From assembly GCF_036321535.1 (NCBI RefSeq), contig NC_087447.1, positions 13,144,001 through 13,208,000 on the forward strand: a DNA stretch of 64,000 nt, in the 5' to 3' direction. Positions 23,564 to 35,440 of this stretch are shown one piece after another (position 1 is the first letter of the stretch; every line of letters begins with the position of its first letter). The position numbers and the translations under genes were made by a program. The DNA comes from Camelus dromedarius. Lineage: Eukaryota. The notes beneath the pieces are model-generated. The model searched no databases. It saw only the letters and a program-made list of their open reading frames with translations, and was not told the DNA's origin.

Positions 23564-24806
23564 GGGAGATAGAAGATCTTACAAACCATCAAGGGCCTGA
23601 AGGTGTCTGAAATACAGAAGAAAAACAAAAGGGGACTCCAACCAGTGTATTCAAATATTTTCAAGGCTAAATTGTTTGAGAAACCCTGGTCTCTTTCCTG
23701 TGTCTTCAAGGCAGAAAATTAATTAATTTAAAAAACCCCACAAGAACATGATTTCAGAACAACAACGACAGAAGAGCTTCCTCCCCATAGCACCCAAACA
23801 GAATAACATGGATGACCCCGCGCCTCTGGGCTGCTCAGTACCACTAAAAGGGTATAACAAGGGGCGCTAGAGATGTCAACTTTAACGTAAATAAAAGGCA
23901 GGGGCGGCCTTTCAGGAAGAACGCAGCCAGAAGTAAAACTCCACAACAGCTCTCTGCATGTCCCATCTTCCGTGACTAATCCTTATACTGGTCTAGAGAT
24001 CTCACTAAGATCACCTCACCTTTGGTATTCTCAAAGTGCTCTGTTGTTTTTAAATTATCTGTGATTCTCAAAACCCAGAAGTTGTACATATCTAACAGGT
24101 TGTTTTAACCGTCCACCCAAAAAAATAACTGTTTCAGTAATTAAACAGTTACTCTAATCGTCCTAACAAGGAAGGATTTGGTTCAAAGCAAGCTTTTTAA
24201 ATCCTTGCCTGAAAACGAGAAGATCATTTCTGCAAGCTTACATGAGTATAACACAATCTAAAAATAAGGAATGCAATTCAAAATAGCCTCCCAAGTCCAG
24301 GATTACCTATAAAGGCGCAGTTACAGAGAGATGGAGGCCTACGGATACGCAAACCTCTGAGAACGGAAGGTACACAGTGCAGCCCGTGAGGACTGCTCTG
24401 TTCTCCAGGGTAACTCGACGAGATTACAGGCGATTTTCTTGATCTTTTTGATCTGCTCTAGGTCTCCAGCCTGACACATATTTCAGAAAACATGGACGAG
24501 CCCAGGTAACTGTGATAACGGAGCTCTTCAATCCCAGTTCACCGTTAGTTCTCACCACGTAAGAGGCGGCGCGTTTGTTTTTAAGTTTATCCTACTTTGA
24601 CGTAAGGAGAAAGCAGTGTTGGTTTTACTTTTCCCCAACACTCCCATTTTGATTCTCCATTTGTGGTCTCATTCTCAACCAAAATACATGGTAATTGGTA
24701 GAACATTTTTCAAAGGGTCTAATAATAATAATAATAAAAATTTCCCTGAAAATTAGTAGCAATGCGTATGAACTTCTTTCTCTTAGAAGCGATACAAACG
24801 GAGCAT

Positions 24807-24819
24807 CCACTAGGTGGCG
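24807..24819 (+). promoter_or_regulatory. CTCF core motif
   Basis: CCACTAGGTGGCG matches the CTCF core consensus CCASYAGRKGGCR at every position. Confidence 0.6.
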
Positions 24820-25485
24820 GGGTGACACCATAATTTACGTCAGGACCCATCTCAGTGTATTAATGCCTTAGGGAGGATTACAGACAGAAAACAAGACATT
24901 CATGATTTGAATATAACCTTGAAAATTGTTCATTCCATCTCCTTTTCTTTCAAGTAAAAGGAAACTCATGTTCAAAATGGTAAGTTATTTGATCACATTT
25001 AAGCATCAACCCACCTTTGATTTTTATCTTTGCTTTTCCAATTTTTAATTTTGAGCTAGGAATGATGTACTGGTTCTTGATCACTTACACAGTCACACAG
25101 TTTGGGTAATAAAGAGTGTAATCAGTTCATTTCAATTTACTTATAATAAATAATACACAAATAAAAATGTGATTAATAAGATACACAGATATTCATATAA
25201 ATATTAAAATTCTTACAAAAATATAAATATTCCTAAAAGCAAAGAGCAAACAAAACAAACAAAATGCTAAAAAGCCACTTATCTATTAATATACACATAC
25301 GTGAGTGTCATATATCCATATACGTATGTATGCATGTACATGATGTAAAAATATCATGTATGTGACAAAATATTAAAGAACTATACTAGAACATAATGAT
25401 TATATTAATAGAGTTAATGACAAAGTTAAACCTGACACTATTCTATATACATGAGAAATTCATAAATAAAGAAATTCAGTAAAAT

Positions 25486-25623
25486 GTATTCATTTATTAT
25501 TCTATTATTTTATTTTGGTGGGGGGATTAAGTTTATTTAGTTTCAAAGGAGGTACTGGGGATTGAATCCAGGACCTCGTGCGTGCAAAGCACACACTCTC
25601 CCGCTGAAGCTATATCGTCCCCC
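25486..25623 (-). mobile_element. tRNA-derived camelid-type SINE with perfect 16-bp TSD
   Basis: GAGGTACTGGGGATTGAATCCAGGACCTCG body; TSD AGAAATTCAGTAAAAT at 25470-25485 and 25624-25639. Confidence 0.85.
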
Positions 25624-25679
25624 AGAAATTCAGTAAAATTAAAATTACAGAATGAGCTAGTGATTCCTAAACTGGTTTC

Positions 25680-26150
25680 ATTTTTGTGAACAGAAACTAT
25701 TCTGAATGATTTGAGTCCTTTGAAATTTGCTGTGGCCTGCTTTATGATTCATCAAATAATTGATTGTGGTGAATTTTATATAGGCACTGAAAAACATCTG
25801 TGTGCTGTTTTTGTTGGGAGTCATTCTATAAACATTAACTAGGTTAAATATGTTAATTATGTTATTTAAAACTTCCACAACCTTAGACATTGTATTGCTT
25901 GTTTATTCACCAATAGAAAAAATATGTTAAAGTCTTCCATGATGATAAATGACTTATCTATTTCTTTTGTATCCCCAGAATTTTTCTTTACCTATTCTGA
26001 AGGTCTGTTACGTGCATTGACACTTGGATTGTAACCTCTTCATAGAAGGTGGCCATGTGTTTCATTATGAAATTATCTTTAGTAATTTTATTGCATTTAA
26101 AACCTACTATGTCTTATACTGTTATAGATGCATGAGATTTCTTTAGAAAG
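25680..26150 (-). mobile_element. Old L1 ORF2 endonuclease-domain fragment
   Basis: ORF 25678-25890 (NLVNVYRMTPNKNSTQMFFSAYIKFTTINYLMNHK) aligns by eye to the L1 EN segment DLIDIYRTLHP...TFFSSAHGTFSRIDHMLGHK. Confidence 0.75.
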
Positions 26151-26169
26151 ACTTTACTTTGTATATATT

Positions 26170-27320
26170 TTTACAATGCCTAAAGTAGATGAACACATGC
26201 ATAACTTACTACTCATAAATTTTACCCAGGTCTATATCACACGGAAGTATTTGTTTATGTTCACCAAAATATAACAAGATTCTTTGAAATACTACTATTC
26301 ATAATTTTTACTGAAAAGTTAAAAAACAAGAACAAAAGAAACAGAAAATCATGAGCATTTTATGTATACAATTTGGGGTATATTCATAAAGTGAATACTA
26401 TAGCAAAGAGAATAAAGAAATTTGCAAGCGACAAGAATAAATCTTATAAATACAATGATGATCAAAAGAAGCCAGTTACCCTGTGGAGAAAGGGGAACCC
26501 TCCTACACTGCTGGTGGGATGCAGTTTGGTGCAGCCACTGTGGAAAACAGTGTGGAGATCCCTCAAAAGACTAGGAATAGACTTGCCATATGACCCAGGA
26601 ATTCCGCTCCTGGGCATATATCCAGAAGGAACCCTACTTCAGGATGACACCTGCACCCCAATGTTTATAGCAGCACTATTTACAATACCCAAGACATGGA
26701 AACAGCCTAAATTTCCATCAACAGTTGACTGGATAAAGAAGATGTGGTATATTTATACAATGGAATACTATTCAGCCATAAAAACCAACAACATAACACC
26801 ATTTGCAGCAACATGGATGTTCCTGGATAATGTCATTCTAAGTGAAGTAAGCCAGAAAAGAAAAATACCACATGAGATCTCTCATATTTGGAATCTAAAA
26901 AAAAAAAAAAAAAGAACATAAATACAAAACAGACACACTCATAGACATAGAATACGAACTTGTGGTTGCCAAGGGGGAGAAGGGTGGGAAGGGACAGACT
27001 GGGAGTTCAAAATTTGTAGATACTGACAGCCATATGTAGAATAGATAAACAAGATTATACTGTATAGCACAGGGGAATATATACAAAATCTTGTGGTAGC
27101 TCACAGCAAAAAAAAAAAGTGACAATGAATATATGTATGTTCATGTAAAACTGAAAAACTGTGCTCTACACTGGAATTTGACACAACATTGCAAAATGAC
27201 TAAACTCAATAAAAAAAAGTAAAAAAAAAAAAAAAAGAAGCCAATTACCAAAAAAGTGTAATATATAGTTTTATATATATAAAGTTACAAAAATAACTTT
27301 AAAATGATACCAGAGTTTTG
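26170..27320 (+). mobile_element. Old L1M 3' region split by the young L1 at 26481-27232
   Basis: ATCAAAAGAAGCCA...AAAAAGTGTAATATATAGTTTTATATATATAAAGTTACAAAAA rejoins across the insertion as the L1M GAAAGAAGCCAGAC...TATATAAAGTTCAAAA segment. Confidence 0.5.
26481..27232 (+). mobile_element. Young 5'-truncated L1 (camelid-type): ORF2 C-terminus, 3' UTR and poly-A
   Basis: Translation [10 protein letters not shown]...IPLLGIYP...MFIAALFTI...WIKKMWYIYTMEYYSAIK, A-tail, and a 17-bp TSD AAAAGAAGCCA(G/A)TTACC at 26464-26480 and 27233-27249. Confidence 0.95.
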
Positions 27321-29433
27321 TAGAATTTTTCCTGGCTTTTGCCCTCCCCTCTCTGGTGTGATGGTGGTGGTTTTGAAATTGTAGCCTGCATTCTTCATAT
27401 GGGATTCTAGATCCTAGTTCTGGATGGTGTAGCATCAACCATATTTGCAAAATATTGTGTATGTCTATTGCATTCTTTCTGGAGTCTACAGATAGAACTG
27501 TCGCTAAGTGCAAATTCTGTTTCACTTAACATAGACATATCAGGCCAGAAAACATTGGGCATTGCTTGAAAACACTGCAAGATAAATAACAACTCACTGA
27601 TGCCTAAGGCTTAGAACAAAAATCAGGGGAGAGTTTATTTGGGAAATTAGGACAGTCACAAACACTTCTGTATATAGAAGAATTAAGCAGCTATGAGCAT
27701 GCTCAACATAGATTAGAGGACAGAAGGGAGGGGGGGACTGGGAGTTAATGGGCACACAGTTTCTGTTTGGGATGATGAAAATGTTTTGGACATATATAGT
27801 GGTGATGATTGCACAACATTGTAATTACACACTTAAAGTTGTTAAGGTCCCTTTTTTTATATATAAACATCTTTGAGGAATGTGGTCTGTGGAGCTTGGA
27901 AAAATGCTGTTAGAGAAAACACTGCCTCAGAATGTTACTGAGAAATAAGCTAAACATAAGTCATAACAAAACGACTTGGTAACATCCTCTGTCACAGGGA
28001 TGATGTTTATAAGGGATTGATTGGATGAATTATTGACAGAAAAATCAACAGCCAAGGACATTGAGAAAGAAAGGACAACAGATTGTGGTGACTTTTTAAA
28101 GAGTTTTTATTAGACGACAGGAGATGCATGCTGGACCATCCAGCATCCTCCACAAACTGTAAACTGATGCAACATTAATGTTTTCCCTTTACCTGCAACC
28201 CAGTGTTCTTCTCTTTTTACTTCTCTTTTTTTCTGAGGTGTGAGTATTACAAACTTTCTTTCCAGGTCATTAGAGTTTTCTGGTAACTGTCTCCATATTA
28301 AAATGGAAGCTGCCCTGCACTTAGTTTCCATATACACATAGGAAAACATGACTTGATTGATACAGTTATTTTTAGTTCTTTGAATAATGGTAAAAAAAAA
28401 AAAGTTCAGCTTCACTTCGGTCAAATTATCCTGATGGGAATTTGCAAACTCACAGAGATACTGCAATAAATGTCTACAAGTTCAATATCTCACAGGTAAA
28501 GCTGTTTGGAGATCAGACAGGAACCGTGTATTGCTTTTGTTTGCATTTTTCACCAGAGAATGTGATAAATGTGCTATTTGCAGAGAAATAAATAACTTTT
28601 GCCAACATAAATGTAGAAGTTACCATTCTCTTCTCTTAAATATTTAAATAAAACTGGGAAGCCTCTTGAAATTTGTTTTAGAAAAAAACTGGACACCTTA
28701 CCTTAGAGAGCTGGTAAGTTCTTTTTGCAGGATGCTTCAGAATTATTTGCATTGTGAGACTTATTAATGTATATACATTTACTGAATTCATTGATCATTT
28801 CTGAGTGTGGTGTATGGCACTGTGAAGCATTACACGTACCTAGATTTCAGCCAAATATCTGGTGAGTTGGACACATGATAATTTTCACTTAATCAACCCA
28901 CAATTAATCACTGTCCTTAGGTCAATAAGAAATGTATTTTTAAAACTTATTATTAAAATATCAATTTAACAATTATTGGTACCTTGACTAATGTTTTTTA
29001 GAAAACTTTAGCCACAGTTTACATATAATCAACTTTTGAAATTGTTGCTCTATGTATTTAGTAATATAAAGCATCTCTTGTGGCTGCCTATTTTTTATGT
29101 AATTCATACATAACTTACACTCTGTGCCAATTGCATAAAATAATTAAAAACATGACAGTGATAAATATTCTTTCACAACTTGGGGAATGTTAAGAGGTAG
29201 TAAATAAAACTGATAGTTGGTGACCGATACTTCAGTAAAGGATATAGAAAATCTGAAAAGGAAATACTCAAGAAGGACAGACAGGGTGTGTCCAGTGACT
29301 CTGTTCCTACTTCCTCTGAATGAGTCATATTTGTAGTTTGAGTTTCTCTGCCTATTCTATTACGTCCAGCCAAACCTGAGCTATTTGTTAAAATACGAAA
29401 TTAATGAAGATGATGCAAACAGCCCTTCAGAAT

Positions 29434-29472
29434 GAGTGAAAGGGTGAGGAGTGAAAGGGTGAGGAGTAAAGG
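29434..29472. repeat. 15-bp tandem repeat GAGTGAAAGGGTGAG x2 plus partial copy
   Basis: Seen directly. Confidence 0.85.
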
Positions 29473-30637
29473 ACAGGCAAGTTTAGTTCTGTACATAGTG
29501 GAGACCACCAAGGCTGGAGACCACCAGGGTTTCAGGGAAACTGACCCGAGTTTTAACATAAAACAATAGACTAAGAAACGAGGGAAGGTTACAGGGATGG
29601 GTTTATGTGACCTCCAAATGATTTTTGCTAACAGGATACCAGTAAAAATCAGAAGACTCTTTCTCAGTGGCTCTCTCTGTGTCTCTCCAGCTTTAGAAGT
29701 AAATTTGATTATAAACATTCTGTAGTTTTGTATCTCTTCAATACATGACAAAACAATTATAACGATAGTGATATATAATTAAAATGAACTTCCATTTCAT
29801 TCTATCAAACACTGAAGGTAAATTTATTCATTAACTTGGCAAATACATATTGAATACTTAAAATGATCAAAGTGTAGAGTGCAGATACTAATAATAAAGA
29901 ATAGAATTAATAATTTAATTCATGGTCATTGATCTTAACTCTCACACACTAGGTAGATTTGTATTTTGTCTCTTCAAAACCCTGCTTTATGTACACACAT
30001 TTAAATGGTAATTCCACTGAAAGGGAAAAAGAAGGTGGGAAGTGTTACAGTTTTGAAAATAAATTGTAAATATATTGGTGCTGAGGTTATGAGTAGATGC
30101 ATTAAAATATTTTAAATACTAAGGTTCAGTGTTTTATCCAGTTGAAGTAGAGAATTTACGGTGTGATTCAGTGGAATGGCTGCTTCTCAGTGGCTCCCCC
30201 TTGGCCTGTCTATGGTTCTGGAAGTTCCACCAGCAAACAGGTGTTCATTTGTCCTGAGGTATTTACTAGAGTTGATCTCACATTACATGATGGCAGGAAC
30301 TAGGACGAGGAGGAAATAAAAATACTGGCGATGAAAGAGAGAAGAGTCAGCCTGAGAGACCAAGACTGATGACGTGGAAACTGAACAGAGCAGGCATTTT
30401 CAGGGTGGCTGATCAGGGAGAGCTGAACAATTTGTGTGTGTCAATTAAAAATAAGCCAGTTTATGCAAATGAGTAGGGCACTGTGTGAGATTAAATTTCA
30501 AGCTATATGTACTATTACTATCCTCAGATGTCCTGCTGAATGTCAAAAACAAACATTTTTGAAGTCTGAGATAAAAAATAGAGATAATTATATTTTTCTT
30601 GTTATCCTTTTCATTTACTATAAACTATAATATTTCA

Positions 30638-30705
30638 TCTATAAATTAAGCATGTTTGTAAATTACTTATATTTGTAAATTACTTATATTTGTAAATTAA
30701 GTATG
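30638..30705. repeat. 17-bp minisatellite, 4 units (two identical TTTGTAAATTACTTATA, two diverged)
   Basis: Units at 30638, 30655, 30672 and 30689. Confidence 0.85.
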
Positions 30706-31221
30706 ATCGTGATTCCAAATTAAAAATTTTTTTTCTGTTTATCATCTTTCCACCTAAAAGAGATGGCAGGAAATTTCTCACATATAACATCTACATATTA
30801 TACTTCATATATTTGCACTTTTTGCATTTTCACTCAATGCTCCACTTCTGTGTGCATTTTCTCCATAATAAATAGTGAGAATAGCAAAGAGATATCTAAT
30901 TTTTTTTCTACAGAAACATTTCTTGAATTTTATTAGGGCATAAGATCCAATTGTATTTGATAATACATGTTAATTGAATGCATATGGAAATAGACTGTAC
31001 TCTCCATTGCCAGTCAGTAATGTTTTCAAGAAAGGGCCAAAAAGACCTCAAGGAAAGCCTGCCTAAATGAAAATCAAATTTCTATTTCTGCAGTGTTTAA
31101 CCCTTTCCATTATAATCTGCCCCATGACAAGAAATGCTATGTATCACCATGTTTAATCCGTATTTATATCATAAGAATTGATAATTGTCTAATTTCAGGT
31201 GGCTACAAACTTCTCTGAGTC

Positions 31222-32154
31222 ATGGAAAACAGGAATAACGTTACGGAATTTATTCTCTTAGGACTTTCTGAGAAAAAAGAAATTGAAGCTCTCTGCTTTT
31301 TGCTATTCCTACTTTGTTACATTGCAATTTTGATGGGAAACCTGCTTGTCATGATGTCTATCACCTGCAGTCAACTTATCAAGCAGCCTATGTATTTCTT
31401 CCTGAGTTACCTCTCGCTCTCTGACCTCTGCTACACCTCCACGGTGACCCCCAAGTTGATCATTGACTTGCTGGCAGTAAAGAAGATTATTTCCTACAAT
31501 GGCTGCATGGCACAGCTCTTCACCATGCACTTCTTTGGGGGGATCGAGGTCTTCATCCTCACAGGGATGGCCTACGACCGCTACGTGGCCATCTGCAAGC
31601 CGCTGCACTACACGGTCATCATGAGCAGGCAGAGGTGCGGTGCCATGATGGCTGCTTCCTGTGCTGGGGGCTTCCTGCACTCCTTTGGTCAGTTTGTCCT
31701 GGCCATCTTTCTGCCCTACTGTGGCCCCAATGAAATAGATCATTACTTCTGCGATGTGTATCCTTTGCTGAAACTGGCCTGCACGGACACAAGCAGAATC
31801 GGTCTCCTGGTCATTGCCAATTCGGGCCTGATGGGCCTGGTGACGTTCGTGGTGCTGTTGATATCCTACGCTGTGATCTTATATACCATCAGGTCCTACC
31901 CCGCGGATGAGGGCCGCAAAGCTCTCTCCACCTGCAGTTCCCACATCACTGTGGTGGTCCTTTTTTTCGCTCCTTTACTCTTTGTTTATATCCGACCAGC
32001 AACTACTTTACCGGAAGACAAAGTGTTCGCTCTGTTCTACACCATCATTGCCCCCATGCTCAACCCTCTGATCTACACACTAAGAAACACGGAGATGAAG
32101 AATGCCATGAAGAAGCTATGGTGCCGTATCATGGGAAGGAAGGAAGTAAACTGA
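31222..32154 (+). CDS. Olfactory receptor, family 4 subfamily P-like (OR4P4-like), 310 aa, intact
   Basis: NVT sequon, [75 protein letters not shown]. Acceptor TTGTCTAATTTCAG ends at 31198. Confidence 0.95.
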   Translation: MENRNNVTEFILLGLSEKKEIEALCFLLFLLCYIAILMGNLLVMMSITCSQLIKQPMYFFLSYLSLSDLCYTSTVTPKLIIDLLAVKKIISYNGCMAQLFTMHFFGGIEVFILTGMAYDRYVAICKPLHYTVIMSRQRCGAMMAASCAGGFLHSFGQFVLAIFLPYCGPNEIDHYFCDVYPLLKLACTDTSRIGLLVIANSGLMGLVTFVVLLISYAVILYTIRSYPADEGRKALSTCSSHITVVVLFFAPLLFVYIRPATTLPEDKVFALFYTIIAPMLNPLIYTLRNTEMKNAMKKLWCRIMGRKEVN

Positions 32155-34769
32155 AAAACATCCCTGATTTTCATAAGGAGCTTGTTAAATACATGACTTC
32201 TCTACTCTGAAACCTTTACAATGCATAGGGCTTGCCTATTTTTCTTGTACCTAGCAACTCAAGTATGAGCAAAAGTTTACAGTTCCCTGGATTTATGCAG
32301 ACTCTCTGCTATGCTCTGATTTTCTTACTTATCTCTCCTCTGCCCCACGATCCTTGGGCTGTGTAACTAATTTAGCTACTTAGCAGCCGCCTATGGAAGG
32401 CAGCGTGCAACACAGATCAACACCGAGAGCCCATGTAGCTAATTCTTGTGCCTCACCATGCTCAATGAAGCTAATTCCAGCCGCCAACTAATGAATTAAA
32501 AAATAATTCCAATCTTTTACTTGTTTTGCTTAGAGAATATTCTAAAAGATCTAATTTAAGACCCACAAGATTTCTTTAAAAATTCACTTTTTTTTTCTAA
32601 TAATTTTGTGGTCAGCTGCATTCTGGAGCTTCTCACATGCCCAAGCCTCTCCTAAGCCCCACATCGAACTTTTTCCTTCTGTTCTCGTGCACTTTCACTT
32701 CCAGCCCTGTTCATGTATAAATCAGCTGCCACTCTCTGGCTAATTCTAGTACCTTATAAAATACAGGTTAAAGGCATGAGTTCTGGACCCAGCATTGATT
32801 ACTAACTATGAGGACTGGGACATATTCCCAACAAATCATCTATTACATGGTAATATTATTATGTTAGTTATATGTGTATAATTATGTATATAGCACTATA
32901 CATTACTATGTATAATAATGTATAACATATATTTTCAGAAAGGACTTTGCTGTACAGAGATAAATTGGGAAGCTATCTGCTCATGGCAAGAGAACCCGTG
33001 GGAGCATATGGGCTTCCTGAAAGCACTGTTGAAAGAATAGCAGTCTTTTTCCAAGCATCATCTAGAAATTCCAATGCCTTAGCAAGCCTTTTTTTTTCCC
33101 CTGGGGAAACTTAAATCTTAAACCCTCAGCCTACGTGCTATACTTCTAATCCAGGCTATAGGCTTCTCATGTGTTCCCCACTGCAGCTCACCTCAGCCTC
33201 CCTTAGATACCTAATTCCGCTCTGTCCTGACATACAAGCATCACACACAAGATTTCCTCATGGTCCCCGTGTCTCATGTTTAATCTCAGTGTTTTGGATC
33301 CTGATGCATTAGGGAAATGTAATTAGGAACTTTGGCATAACTATTTATTAGGGAGAAATTGAAGCTGTGGTTTATATCTTTGGCAAAGTATACTGATGGG
33401 AAATTTCTAAGGCCTCAGAGATATTGAGACAAATCTTATATTCCCATTTTCTCAGAATTTGCCTTAAATGCCAATTAAATATCAAAAAGAACATATAAAG
33501 TTATCTATATTTATATATGTAAATATACATAAATTTTCTCTAAAGACAAAGGTAAATAAACATCAGAGAGACACTTCTTTCTTTTCTAGAAATGGAAAAA
33601 TAGTGCACTAAAAAAGTCTCAAATTTAGTTCAGTTTACCAAGTGTATCTCTATTGACGGAATTCATAAGAATTCTCCCATTAGACTTCATGCAATCTGAG
33701 ATGTATTATTGCATAGCAATGCTGATTTTTTTCAATTCTGATTTTTCTTGGGTGTGAAGCCTCAAGCTTAGAAGAAATCTGCCTGATGAGTTTAGCAGCT
33801 GGTAAATTCAATCCAGCTCATAAATGTATGAGTGACTTTCCTTAAAAAGAGTATTTAAGTCATGCAGATTGTATTTATAATCTAACCCCTCAAATAAACC
33901 TTTTGCTGGAAAAATCTAGAATCATTATAAATGCTACTTCTACTATGTGAGGAAAGCTGCTTTCAACTATGATGAATTGAGTTTTGTGCATCAGCTCTTT
34001 GAGTTATCAGTACCATATCTCTCAGCCACCAAAATATTATTTGATTTACTCATTTAATCATATCATTAGCTCTTTGTGCTCCATGATGAAAAAAAGCTGA
34101 ATATGAAAAAGATGCACTGGCCCAGCAGATCAGTGGACAGAATTTCAGTGAAGGGACTGAATACAAAATGATTAAAAATCAGAATACCAGTATGCTTCTA
34201 AGACAATGCAGAAGCAAAAATATATGGCAAAATTTTCAATCAATCTACTTGAATGCCTAATATCTACGTGGTAGGTTTCTTTTTCCTAAGTTTAGAGCAT
34301 TATTTTTTTGAGATGAAGAAAAATTATCAAAGGGGAATATAAGCATCTAATTTGGGTAGGGCTAATAATCCAAAGGAGAGAAAACAAAAACATTAAATGG
34401 CTGAAATAAATAAAGTTTATCTTCAGGTTTGTAGGGAAGTCCAGACCAGGAGGGAAAGATTTTGCTTAATGATAGAGTGTTTCCCCAATGTGAGGAACCC
34501 CAGCCTTCAGGTAAGAAAGAACAGATTGTTCATGACCGAGAAACTATGCTTTTTCTTATGTACCTTTCTTTATCCCACGTTAAAATAGTATGTATTTTTA
34601 ATGAGCTGTTCAAAATTTGTAGTAAGAATAATACAATAGTATACTATTCTTAATTCACATATACTCATTGATACAAACATGTATAATGTTAATGAGAAAT
34701 ATTTCCAAAATGTTTAATCTTAATATATATCAGTTTTTGTCCTAAGCTGTTACATAAATGAACTCATCA

Positions 34770-34900
34770 AATCCTTACAACAGACCTCAAAGTTAATTAC
34801 CATATTACTCATTTTATAGATGAAGAAATTGATGTTACATATTTTGTCCATGATTATGCTCCAAGTGAACTCTGGAGTCAGTATCCTGTCTCATTTTATG
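34770..34900 (+). mobile_element. MIR SINE remnant
   Basis: CTCATTTTATAGATGAAGAAATTGATG core. Confidence 0.5.
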
Positions 34901-35319
34901 TAGACTCAGAACTCATCATCTTAATTGCTAGAATCTACTACCACTTGGATAGCTTGAGGACCTCCTAAGTTTATAACCGTATAGGGGTTCTGAAGAGGAA
35001 GGAGGTAACGAAGATGTTTTGAGCATTGAGTTTCCTATGTATAAATGTGTTCACATTTCACAGGAATCCTGTAAATTAAGCACTGTGATGCTCACTTTAA
35101 GGAAGAAGGGGAAAAAATGTTCGAGGTGTAGACTCTTGCATTTAAGAATCAGAGCTGAGTTCTGAAATGAGCTGTCTCCACGTTTCTGATATTCCCTGTG
35201 GTGCACAGCAGACAGTACAAGACATGATTCCTGAGCTGATGTACTTATATTTTCCCCACTTTTGGGCTTAGTAATCCTAGAGGGTGGCTAATATTTACTG
35301 AATGTATAATACTTTCTAG

Positions 35320-35440
35320 GCACTGTTCTAAGACATTTCATAAATAGTAATTTTTAATTCAAAAAAATCACTATACACAGAGGTATTATCTTTATTTCAA
35401 TTTTACAGATAGGTAAACTGAGGCACAGAAATGAAACTGT
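35320..35440 (+). mobile_element. MIR SINE remnant
   Basis: ATTTTACAGATAGGTAAACTGAGGCACAGA core. Confidence 0.65.

Noticed and set aside
23852-23870. Second CTCF-like motif (AACAAGGGGCGCTA)
   Set aside because: It misses several invariant core positions.
25680-26460. Opposed old L1 pieces as one twin-primed insertion
   Set aside because: The pieces come from opposite ends of ORF2, about 3 kb apart in L1 coordinates, with no TSD; independent fragments are as likely.
26373-26921. 182-aa ORF as a host gene
   Set aside because: It is the L1 ORF2 C-terminus fused by chance to flanking sequence.
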